Part shown: piece by piece, positions 53,194 through 64,000 of the stretch | Numbering within the stretch: the stretch's first letter is position 1 | Layout: each line of letters begins with the position of its first letter | Assembly (NCBI GenBank): GCA_964016885.1 | Contig: OZ024743.1 | Span: 92,566,001 to 92,630,000, forward strand | DNA: 64,000 nucleotides | Source: Eledone cirrhosa | Taxonomy: Eukaryota | Reading direction: 5' to 3' | The notes under the pieces: model-generated | What the model was told of the DNA's origin: nothing | What the model saw: only the letters and a program-made list of their open reading frames with translations | The model's database searches: none | Made by a program: the position numbers and the translations under genes

Positions 53194-54453
53194 TTATTTT
53201 TTTAAAAAGTTAATTTCTTTTCAGAGCTGTTTATTTTTTACTTGGGTGAGCGCTTAGGAAACCGAGCTGCTGTAAACATTTCCCTTTTTCTTTCTTTAGT
53301 TAGTTTGATTTGCAAGCTTTTCTCTCCACTGTCTGTTAGTTTCAAAATAATTATGCACGCAAACTTTTTCCTTTCTTTCAACTCTACCCTTCGCATACAC
53401 ACTACTGCAAACGTCTTATAGGCTACCGACTGCAAAAACAGAGTTTGTTGATAATTTCAGATATTTCAAACTTTTATTCCGTCTGCCTTCGGAAGTAGTG
53501 AGCCTGCTATATACGCTAGAAAATATTTATTGAACAAAGATTTGGCTGCTTTTTCTAGCATGTAAAATGAGGGTCCATTTATACCACTTTCCATCCTAAT
53601 CAGAAACCATCAAGTTAACACCGAGATTCAAAGAAAAGCTCCCATCACAACTGCTATCACTTTCGCATTTCCCTCTGAAAATATTAAATCGAAACGAAAG
53701 AAAGTATTGAGCCAACACTAAGTGTGTCGATCGGTCACATAACGGGTTCCGGAGCCTACCTGTAATAGCTTTTGATACTAGAAAACACACTGGCAACCTT
53801 ACTGCGGATGATAGCGAGTCTAAGAAGCTGATACAACCAAGCAGACTCGCAGTCAGCGTCTGATACCTCGGTAAGGCGAGTGGGCAACTATGACAAAAAG
53901 TTCGTTGTTAGTGGACCAGCTCCTGCAAACGTCTTAGAAGCTACAGGCTGGAAAAACATAGTTTGTTGATAATTTCCGATGTTTCAAAGTTATATTCCGT
54001 CCGCCTTCGGAAGTAGTGAGCCTGCTATATACTCTAGAAAATATTTATTGAACAAAGATTTGGCTGCTTTTTCTAGCATGTAAAATGAGCACATTTCTTT
54101 AGAGCCGTTCGAATCGAAGATGATGGACATGTGTAATAATTAATTCGGAATGGGTATCGTAGCTAGTTATTTGGCCGAGTTATATAAACAAAAAGAGAAC
54201 ATAAGTTTTAAAGACAGCAATATCGACAACTATGCGATACTCTCGTAGTTAATAACGTGTGCTAATTTAAAAGTTAGATGAGATTTATGCAAAAGTTTAT
54301 TAAGCAACCTAAATTGCTTGAAAATACTATGTTCTATGGTTGAAAGTATGAAAAATGTAAAATAGAAAATTAAAGTATAAAAATTACTGTAAAAGAAAGG
54401 TGTTTAGTGAGTTGTTTTATACAATAAAACTATTAAATTGAGTGTAAGCTTTC

Positions 54454-54573
54454 GTTTACGGCCATATCCCTCTGAAAACACCGGTTCTCGTCCGATCACC
54501 GAAGTTAAGCAACGTCGAGCCTAGTTAGTACTTGGATGGGTGACCGCTTGGGAACCCTAGGTGCCGTAAGCGT
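54454..54573 (+). rRNA. 5S rRNA: 5S rRNA (unit 40, variant G18T)
   Basis: As unit 1 except G>T at 54471. Confidence 0.92.
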
Positions 54574-55833
54574 TTATTTTTTTTTAAAATTAATTTCTTT
54601 TCAGAGCTGTTTATTTTTTACTTGGGTGAGCGCTTAGGAAACCGAGCTGCTGTAAACATTTCCCTTTTTCTTTCTTTAGTTAGTTTGATTTGCAAGCTTT
54701 TCTCTCCACTGTCTGTTAGTTTCAAAATAATTATGCACGCAAACTTTTTCCTTTCTTTCAACTCTACCCTTCGCATACAAACTACTGCAAACGTCTTATA
54801 GGCTACCGACTGCAAAAACAGAGTTTGTTGATAATTTCAGATATTTCAAAGTTTTATTCCCTCCGCCTTCGGAAGTAGTGAGCCTGCTATATACGCTAGA
54901 AATTATTTATTGAACAAAGATTTGGCTGCTTTTTCTAGCATGTAAAATGAGGGTCCATTTATACCACTTTCCATCATAATCAGAAACCATCATTTTAACA
55001 CCGAGATTCAAAGAAAAGCTCCCATCACAACTGCTATCACTTTCGCATTTCCCTCTGAAAATATTAAATCGAAACGAAAGAAAGTATTGAGCCAACACTA
55101 AGTGTGTCGATCGGTCACATAACGGGTTCCGGAGCCTACCTGTAATAGCTTTTGATACTAGAAAACACACTGGCAACCTTACTGCGGATGATAGCGAGTC
55201 TAAGAAGCTGATACAACCAAGCAGACTCGCAGTCAGCGTCTGATACCTCGGTAAGGCGAGTGGCCAACTATGACAAAAAGTTCGTTGTTAGTGGACCAGC
55301 TCCTGCAAACGTCTTAGAAGCTACAGGCTGGAAAAACATAGTTTGTTGATAATTTCCGATGTTTCAAAGTTATATTCCGTCCGCCTTCGGAAGTAGTGAG
55401 CCTGCTATATACTCTAGAAAATATTTATTGAACAAAGATTTGGCTGCTTTTTCTAGCATGTAAAATGAGCACATTTCTTTAGAGCCGTTCGAATCGAAGA
55501 TGATGGACATGTGTAATAATTAATTCGGAATGGGTATCGTAGCTAGTTATTTGGCCGAGTTATATAAACAAAAAGAGAACATAAGTTTTAAAGACAGCAA
55601 TATCGACAACTATGCGATACTCTCGTAGTTAATAACGTGTGCTAATTTATAAATTAGATGAGATTTATGTAAAAGTTTATTAAGCAACCTAAATTGCTTG
55701 AAAATACTATGTTCTATGGTTGAAAGTATGAAAAATGTAAAACAGAAAATTAAAGTATAAAAATTACTGTAAAAGAAAGGTGTTTAGTGAGTTGTTTTAT
55801 ACAATAAAACTATTAAATTGAGTGTAAGATTTC

Positions 55834-55953
55834 GTTTACGGCCATATCCCGCTGAAAACACCGGTTCTCGTCCGATCACCGAAGTTAAGCAACGTCGAGC
55901 CTAGTTAGTACTTGGATGGGTGACCGCTTGGGAACCCTAGGTGCCGTAAGCGT
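55834..55953 (+). rRNA. 5S rRNA: 5S rRNA (unit 41)
   Basis: Same as unit 1 gene. Confidence 0.96.
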
Positions 55954-57213
55954 TTATTTTTTTAAAAAATTAATTTCTTTTCAGAGCTGTTTATTTTTTA
56001 CTTGGGTGAGCGCTTAGGAAACCGAGCTGCTGTAAACATTTCCCTTTTTCTTTCTTTAGTTAGTTTGATTTGCAAGCTTTTCTCTCCAGTGTCTGTTAGT
56101 TTCAAAATAATTATGCACGCAAACTTTTTCCTTTCTTTCAACTCTACCCTTCGCATACACACTACTGCAAACGTCTTATAGGCTACCGACTGCAAAAACA
56201 GAGTTTGTTGATAATTTCAGATATTTCAAACTTATATTCCGTCCGCCTTCGGAAGTAGTGAGCCTGCTATATACGCTAGAAAATATTTATTGAACAAAGA
56301 TTTGGCTGCTTTTTCTAGCATGTAAAATGAGGGTCCATTTATACCACTTTCCATCCTAATAAGAAACCATCATTTTAACACCGAGATTCAAAGAAAAGCT
56401 CCCATCACAACTGCTATCACTTTCGCATTTCCCTCTGAAAATATTAAATCGAAACGAAAGAAAGTATTGAGCCAACACTAAGTGTGTCGATCGGTCACAT
56501 AACGGGTTCCGGAGCCTACCTGTAATAGCTTTTGATACTAGAAAACACACTGGCAACCTTACTGCGGATGATAGCGAGTCTAAGAAGCTGATACAACCAA
56601 GCAGACTCGCAGTCAGCGTCTGATACCTCGGTAAGGCGAGTGGCCAACTATGACAAAAAGTTCGTTGTTAGTGGACCAGCTCCTGCAAACGTCTTAGAAG
56701 CTACAGGCTGGAAAAACATAGTTTGTTGATAATTTCCGATGTTTCAAAGTTATATTCCGTCCGCCTTCGGAAGTAGTGAGCCTGCTATATACTCTAGAAA
56801 ATATTTATTGAACAAAGATTTGGCTGCTTTTTCTAGCATGTAAAATGAGCACATTTCTTTAGAGCCGTTCGAATCGAAGATGATGGACATGTGTAATAAT
56901 TAATTCGGAATGGGTATCGTAGCTAGTTATTTGGCCGAGTTATATAAACAAAAAGAGAACATAAGTTTTAAAGACAGCAATATCGACAACTATGCGATAC
57001 TCTCGTAGTTAATAACGTGTGCTAATTTATAAATTAGATGAGATTTATGTAAAAGTTTATTAAGCAACCTAAATTGCTTGAAAATACTATGTTCTATGGT
57101 TGAAAGTATGAAAAATGTAAAACAGAAAATTAAAGTATAAAAATTACTGTAAAAGAAAGGTGTTTAGTGAGTTGTTTTATACAATAAAACTATTAAATTG
57201 AGTGTAAGATTTC

Positions 57214-57333
57214 GTTTACGGCCATATCCCGCTGAAAACACCGGTTCTCGTCCGATCACCGAAGTTAAGCAACGTCGAGCCTAGTTAGTACTTGGATGGG
57301 TGACCGCTTGGGAACCCTAGGTGCCGTAAGCGT
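57214..57333 (+). rRNA. 5S rRNA: 5S rRNA (unit 42)
   Basis: Same as unit 1 gene. Confidence 0.96.
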
Positions 57334-58593
57334 TTATTTTTTTAAAAAGTTAATTTCTTTTCAGAGCTGTTTATTTTTTACTTGGGTGAGCGCTTAGGAA
57401 ACCGAGCTGCTGTAAACATTTCCCTTTTTCTTTCTTTAGTTAGTTTGATTTGCAAGCTTTTCTCTCCAGTGTCTGTTAGTTTCAAAATAATTATGCACGC
57501 AAACTTTTTCCTTTCTTTCAACTCTACCCTTCGCATACACACTACTGCAAACGTCTTATAGGCTACCGACTGCAAAAACAGAGTTTGTTGATAATTTCAG
57601 ATATTTCAAAGTTTTATTCCGTCCGCCTTCGGAAGTAGTGAGCCTGCTATATACGCTAGAAATTATTTATTGAACAAAGATTTGGCTGCTTTTTCTAGCA
57701 TGTAAAATGAGGGTCCATTTATACCACTTTCCATCCTAATCAGAAACCATCATTTTAACACCGAGATTCAAAGAAAAGCTCCCATCACAACTGCTATCAC
57801 TTTCGCATTTCCCTCTGAAAATATTAAATCGAAACGAAAGAAAGTATTGAGCCAACACTAAGTGTGTCGATCGGTCATATAACGGGTTCCGGAGCCTACC
57901 TCTAATAGCTTTTGATACTAGAAAACACACTGGCAACCTTACTGCGGATGATAGCGAGTCTAAGAAGCTGATACAACCAAGCAGACTCGCAGTCAGCGTC
58001 TGATACCTCGGTAAGGCGAGTGGCCAACTATGACAAAAAGTTCGTTGTTAGTGGACCAGCTCCTGCAAACGTCTTAGAAGCTACAGGCTGGAAAAACATA
58101 GTTTGTTGATAATTTCCGATGTTTCAAAGTTATATTCCGTCCGCCTTCGGAAGTAGTGAGCCTGCTATATACTCTAGAAAATATTTATTGAACAAAGATT
58201 TGGCTGCTTTTTCTAGCATGTAAAATGAGCACATTTCTTTAGAGCCGTTCGAATCGAAGATGATGGACATGTGTAATAATTAATTCGGAATGGGTATCGT
58301 AGCTAGTTATTTGGCCGAGTTATATAAACAAAAAGAGAACATAAGTTTTAAAGACAGCAATATCGACAACTATGCGATACTCTCGTAGTTAATAACGTGT
58401 GCTAATTTAAAAGTTAGATGAGATTTATGTAAAAGTTTATTAAGCAACATAAATTGCTTGAAAATACTATGTTCTATGGTTGAAAGTATGAAAAATGTAA
58501 AATAGAAAATTAAAGTATAAAAATTACTGTAAAAGAAAGGTATTTAGTGAGTTGTTTTATACAATAAAACTATTAAATTGAGTGTAAGCTTTC

Positions 58594-58713
58594 GTTTACG
58601 GCCATATCCCGCTGAAAACACCGGTTCTCGTCCGATCACCGAAGTTAAGCAACGTCGAGCCTAGTTAGTACTTGGATGGGTGACCGCTTGGGAACCCTAG
58701 GTGCCGTAAGCGT
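58594..58713 (+). rRNA. 5S rRNA: 5S rRNA (unit 43)
   Basis: Same as unit 1 gene. Confidence 0.96.
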
Positions 58714-59973
58714 TTATTTTTTTAAAAAGTTAATTTCTTTTCAGAGCTGTTTATTTTTTACTTGGGTGAGCGCTTAGGAAACCGAGCTGCTGTAAACATT
58801 TCCCTTTTTCTTTCTTTAGTTAGTTTGATTTGCAAGCTTTTCTCTCCACTGTCTGTTAGTTTCAAAATAATTATGCACGCAAACTTTTTCCTTTCTTTCA
58901 ACTCTACCCTTCGCATACACACTACTGCAAACGTCTTATAGGCTACCGACTGCAAAAACAGAGTTTGTTGATAATTTCAGATATTTCAAACTTTTATTCC
59001 GTCTGCCTTCGGAAGTAGTGAGCCTGCTATATACGCTAGAAAATATTTATTGAACAAAGATTTGGCTGCTTTTTCTAGCATGTAAAATGAGGGTCCATTT
59101 ATACCACTTTCCATCCTAATCAGAAACCATCAAGTTAACACCGAGATTCAAAGAAAAGCTCCCATCACAACTGCTATCACTTTCGCATTTCCCTCTGAAA
59201 ATATTAAATCGAAACGAAAGAAAGTATTGAGCCAACACTAAGTGTGTCGATCGGTCACATAACGGGTTCCGGAGCCTACCTGTAATAGCTTTTGATACTA
59301 GAAAACACACTGGCAACCTTACTGCGGATGATAGCGAGTCTAAGAAGCTGATACAACCAAGCAGACTCGCAGTCAGCGTCTGATACCTCGGTAAGGCGAG
59401 TGGGCAACTATGACAAAAAGTTCGTTGTTAGTGGACCAGCTCCTGCAAACGTCTTAGAAGCTACAGGCTGGAAAAACATAGTTTGTTGATAATTTCCGAT
59501 GTTTCAAAGTTATATTCCGTCCGCCTTCGGAAGTAGTGAGCCTGCTATATACTCTAGAAAATATTTATTGAACAAAGATTTGGCTGCTTTTTCTAGCATG
59601 TAAAATGAGCACATTTCTTTAGAGCCGTTCGAATCGAAGATGATGGACATGTGTAATAATTAATTCGGAATGGGTATCGTAGCTAGTTATTTGGCCGAGT
59701 TATATAAACAAAAAGAGAACATAAGTTTTAAAGACAGCAATATCGACAACTATGCGATACTCTCGTAGTTAATAACGTGTGCTAATTTAAAAGTTAGATG
59801 AGATTTATGCAAAAGTTTATTAAGCAACCTAAATTGCTTGAAAATACTATGTTCTATGGTTGAAAGTATGAAAAATGTAAAATAGAAAATTAAAGTATAA
59901 AAATTACTGTAAAAGAAAGGTGTTTAGTGAGTTGTTTTATACAATAAAACTATTAAATTGAGTGTAAGCTTTC

Positions 59974-60093
59974 GTTTACGGCCATATCCCGCTGAAAACA
60001 CCGGTTCTCGTCCGATCACCGAAGTTAAGCAACGTCGAGCCTAGTTAGTACTTGGATGGGTGACCGCTTGGGAACCCTAGGTGCCGTAAGCGT
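59974..60093 (+). rRNA. 5S rRNA: 5S rRNA (unit 44)
   Basis: Same as unit 1 gene. Confidence 0.96.
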
Positions 60094-61353
60094 TTATTTT
60101 TTTTTAAAATTAATTTCTTTTCAGAGCTGTTTATTTTTTACTTGGGTGAGCGCTTAGGAAACCGAGCTGCTGTAAACATTTCCCTTTTTCTTTCTTTAGT
60201 TAGTTTGATTTGCAAGCTTTTCTCTCCACTGTCTGTTAGTTTCAAAATAATTATGCACGCAAACTTTTTCCTTTCTTTCAACTCTACCCTTCGCATACAA
60301 ACTACTGCAAACGTCTTATAGGCTACCGACTGCAAAAACAGAGTTTGTTGATAATTTCAGATATTTCAAAGTTTTATTCCCTCCGCCTTCGGAAGTAGTG
60401 AGCCTGCTATATACGCTAGAAATTATTTATTGAACAAAGATTTGGCTGCTTTTTCTAGCATGTAAAATGAGGGTCCATTTATACCACTTTCCATCATAAT
60501 CAGAAACCATCATTTTAACACCGAGATTCAAAGAAAAGCTCCCATCACAACTGCTATCACTTTCGCATTTCCCTCTGAAAATATTAAATCGAAACGAAAG
60601 AAAGTATTGAGCCAACACTAAGTGTGTCGATCGGTCACATAACGGGTTCCGGAGCCTACCTGTAATAGCTTTTGATACTAGAAAACACACTGGCAACCTT
60701 ACTGCGGATGATAGCGAGTCTAAGAAGCTGATACAACCAAGCAGACTCGCAGTCAGCGTCTGATACCTCGGTAAGGCGAGTGGCCAACTATGACAAAAAG
60801 TTCGTTGTTAGTGGACCAGCTCCTGCAAACGTCTTAGAAGCTACAGGCTGGAAAAACAGAGTTTGTTGATAATTTCCGATGTTTCAAAGTTATATTCCGT
60901 CCGCCTTCGGAAGTAGTGAGCCTGCTATATACTCTAGAAAATATTTATTGAACAAAGATTTGGCTGCTTTTTCTAGCATGTAAAATGAGCACATTTCTTT
61001 AGAGCCGTTCGAATCGAAGATGATGGACATGTGTAATAATTAATTAGGAATGGGTATCGTAGCTAGTTATTTGGCCGAGTTATATAAACAAAAAGAGAAC
61101 ATAAGTTTTAAAGACAGCAATATCGACAACTATGCGATACTCTCGTAGTTAATAACGTGTGCTAATTTATAAATTAGATGAGATTTATGTAAAAGTTTAT
61201 TAAGCAACCTAAATTGCTTGAAAATACTATGTTCTATGGTTGAAAGTATGAAAAATGTAAAACAGAAAATTAAAGTATAAAAATTACTGTGAAAGAAAGG
61301 TGTTTAGTGAGTTGTTTTATACAATAAAACTATTAAATTGAGTGTAAAATTTC

Positions 61354-61473
61354 GTTTACGGCCATATCCCGCTGAAAACACCGGTTCTCGTCCGATCACC
61401 GAAGTTAAGCAACGTCGAGCCTAGTTAGTACTTGGATGGGTGACCGCTTGGGAACCCTAGGTGCCGTAAGCGT
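61354..61473 (+). rRNA. 5S rRNA: 5S rRNA (unit 45)
   Basis: Same as unit 1 gene. Confidence 0.96.
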
Positions 61474-62733
61474 TTATTTTTTTTAAAAATTAATTTCTTT
61501 TCAGAGCTGTTTATTTTTTACTTGGGTGAGCGCTTAGGAAACCGAGCTGCTGTAAACATTTCCCTTTTTCTTTCTTTAGTTAGTTTGATTTGCAAGCTTT
61601 TCTCTCCACTGTCTGTTAGTTTCAAAATAATTATGCACGCAAACTTTTTCCTTTCTTTCAACTCTACCCTTCGCATACAAACTACTGCAAACGTCTTATA
61701 GGCTACCGACTGCAAAAACAGAGTTTGTTGATAATTTCAGATATTTCAAAGTTTTATTCCGTCCGCCTTCGGAAGTAGTGAGCCTGCTATATACGCTAGA
61801 AATTATTTATTGAACAAAGATTTGGCTGCTTTTTCTAGCATGTAAAATGAGGGTCCATTTATACCACTTTCCATCCTAATCAGAAACCATCATTTTAACA
61901 CCGAGATTCAAAGAAAAGCTCCCATCACAACTGCTATCACTTTCGCATTTCCCTCTGAAAATATTAAATCGAAACGAAAGAAAGTATTGAGCCAACACTA
62001 AGTGTGTCGATCGGTCATATAACGGGTTCCGGAGCCTACCTCTAATAGCTTTTGATACTAGAAAACACACTGGCAACCTTACTGCGGATGATAGCGAGTC
62101 TAAGAAGCTGATACAACCAAGCAGACTCGCAGTCAGCGTCTGATACCTCGGTAAGGCGAGTGGCCAACTATGACAAAAAGTTCGTTGTTAGTGGACCAGC
62201 TCCTGCAAACGTCTTAGAAGCTACAGGCTGGAAAAACAGAGTTTGTTGATAATTTCCGATGTTTCAAAGTTATATTCCGTCCGCCTTCGGAAGTAGTGAG
62301 CCTGCTATATACTCTAGAAAATATTTATTGAACAAAGATTTGGCTGCTTTTTCTAGCATGTAAAATGAGCACATTTCTTTAGAGCCGTTCGAATCGAAGA
62401 TGATGGACATGTGTAATAATTAATTCGGAATGGGTATCGTAGCTAGTTATTTGGCCGAGTTATATAAACAAAAAGAGAACATAAGTTTTAAAGACAGCAA
62501 TATCGACAACTATGCGATACTCTCGTAGTTAATAACGTGTGCTAATTTAAAAGTTAGATGAGATTTATGTAAAAGTTTATTAAGCAACCTAAATTGCTTG
62601 AAAATACTATGTTCTATGGTTGAAAGTATGAAAAATGTAAAACAGAAAATTAAAGTATAAAAATTACTGTAAAAGAAAGGTGTTTAGTGAGTTGTTTTAT
62701 ACAATAAAACTATTAAATTGAGTGTAAGATTTC

Positions 62734-62853
62734 GTTTACGGCCATATCCCGCTGAAAACACCGGTTCTCGTCCGATCACCGAAGTTAAGCAACGTCGAGC
62801 CTAGTTAGTACTTGGATGGGTGACCGCTTGGGAACCCTAGGTGCCGTAAGCGT
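62734..62853 (+). rRNA. 5S rRNA: 5S rRNA (unit 46, last complete copy)
   Basis: Same as unit 1 gene. Confidence 0.96.
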
Positions 62854-64000
62854 TTATTTTTTTAAAAAATTAATTTCTTTTCAGAGCTGTTTATTTTTTA
62901 CTTGGGTGAGCGCTTAGGAAACCGAGCTGCTGTAAACATTTCCCTTTTTCTTTCTTTAGTTAGTTTGATTTGCAAGCTTTTCTCTCCAGTGTCTGTTAGT
63001 TTCAAAATAATTATGCACGCAAACTTTTTCCTTTCTTTCAACTCTACCCTTCGCATACACACTACTGCAAACGTCTTATAGGCTACCGACTGCAAAAACA
63101 GAGTTTGTTGATAATTTCAGATATTTCAAACTTATATTCCGTCCGCCTTCGGAAGTAGTGAGCCTGCTATATACGCTAGAAAATATTTATTGAACAAAGA
63201 TTTGGCTGCTTTTTCTAGCATGTAAAATGAGGGTCCATTTATACCACTTTCCATCCTAATAAGAAACCATCATTTTAACACCGAGATTCAAAGAAAAGCT
63301 CCCATCACAACTGCTATCACTTTCGCATTTCCCTCTGAAAATATTAAATCGAAACGAAAGAAAGTATTGAGCCAACACTAAGTGTGTCGATCGGTCACAT
63401 AACGGGTTCCGGAGCCTACCTGTAATAGCTTTTGATACTAGAAAACACACTGGCAACCTTACTGCGGATGATAGCGAGTCTAAGAAGCTGATACAACCAA
63501 GCAGACTCGCAGTCAGCGTCTGATACCTCGGTAAGGCGAGTGGCCAACTATGACAAAAAGTTCGTTGTTAGTGGACCAGCTCCTGCAAACGTCTTAGAAG
63601 CTACAGGCTGGAAAAACATAGTTTGTTGATAATTTCCGATGTTTCAAAGTTATATTCCGTCCGCCTTCGGAAGTAGTGAGCCTGCTATATACTCTAGAAA
63701 ATATTTATTGAACAAAGATTTGGCTGCTTTTTCTAGCATGTAAAATGAGCACATTTCTTTAGAGCCGTTCGAATCGAAGATGATGGACATGTGTAATAAT
63801 TAATTCGGAATGGGTATCGTAGCTAGTTATTTGGCCGAGTTATATAAACAAAAAGAGAACATAAGTTTTAAAGACAGCAATATCGACAACTATGCGATAC
63901 TCTCGTAGTTAATAACGTGTGCTAATTTATAAATTAGATGAGATTTATGTAAAAGTTTATTAAGCAACCTAAATTGCTTGAAAATACTATGTTCTATGGT

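Larger units (their letters stand above)
1..64000 (+). repeat. 5S rDNA tandem array, 1380-bp unit, ~46.4 copies; window starts and ends inside the array
   Basis: Sequence recurs every 1380 bp in perfect register (TAAGAAGCTGATACAACC at 1, 1381, 2761 ... 63481); ORF track repeats at 1380-bp spacing; one 5S gene per unit. Confidence 0.99.

Noticed and set aside
1-64000. CRISPR array or prokaryotic rRNA operon
   Set aside because: No short repeats with unique spacers; the 5S has a eukaryotic Pol III internal promoter and there is no 16S/23S or 18S/28S sequence

Overview
The whole window is a eukaryotic 5S rDNA tandem array: about 46.4 head-to-tail copies of an exactly 1380-bp unit (unit n starts at 1+1380(n-1)). 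There are 46 complete + strand 5S rRNA genes at 634..753 + 1380k. The 5S sequence is metazoan and invertebrate-like; a spiralian host is my inference only. Units differ only by point substitutions, and I saw no indels. The ~1.26-kb spacer has internal structure: (i) a degenerate copy of the 3' part of 5S directly after the Pol III terminator; (ii) two 167-bp direct repeats (~93% identical) that split each unit into a 695-bp 5S-bearing segment and a 351-bp segment; (iii) on the - strand of the 351-bp segment, a two-exon/one-intron arrangement with good splice signals that joins in frame and is stop-free in only 4 of 46 units, suggesting a captured, decaying gene fragment; (iv) on the + strand of that segment, an ~80-nt hairpin with C/D-box-like motifs. 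Every 5S copy has uncompensated mismatches in helix II. SNP patterns show multi-unit duplications and two spacer haplotype families. I support no complete protein-coding gene; the repeated 65-aa ORF is probably spurious. All comparisons were made by eye.
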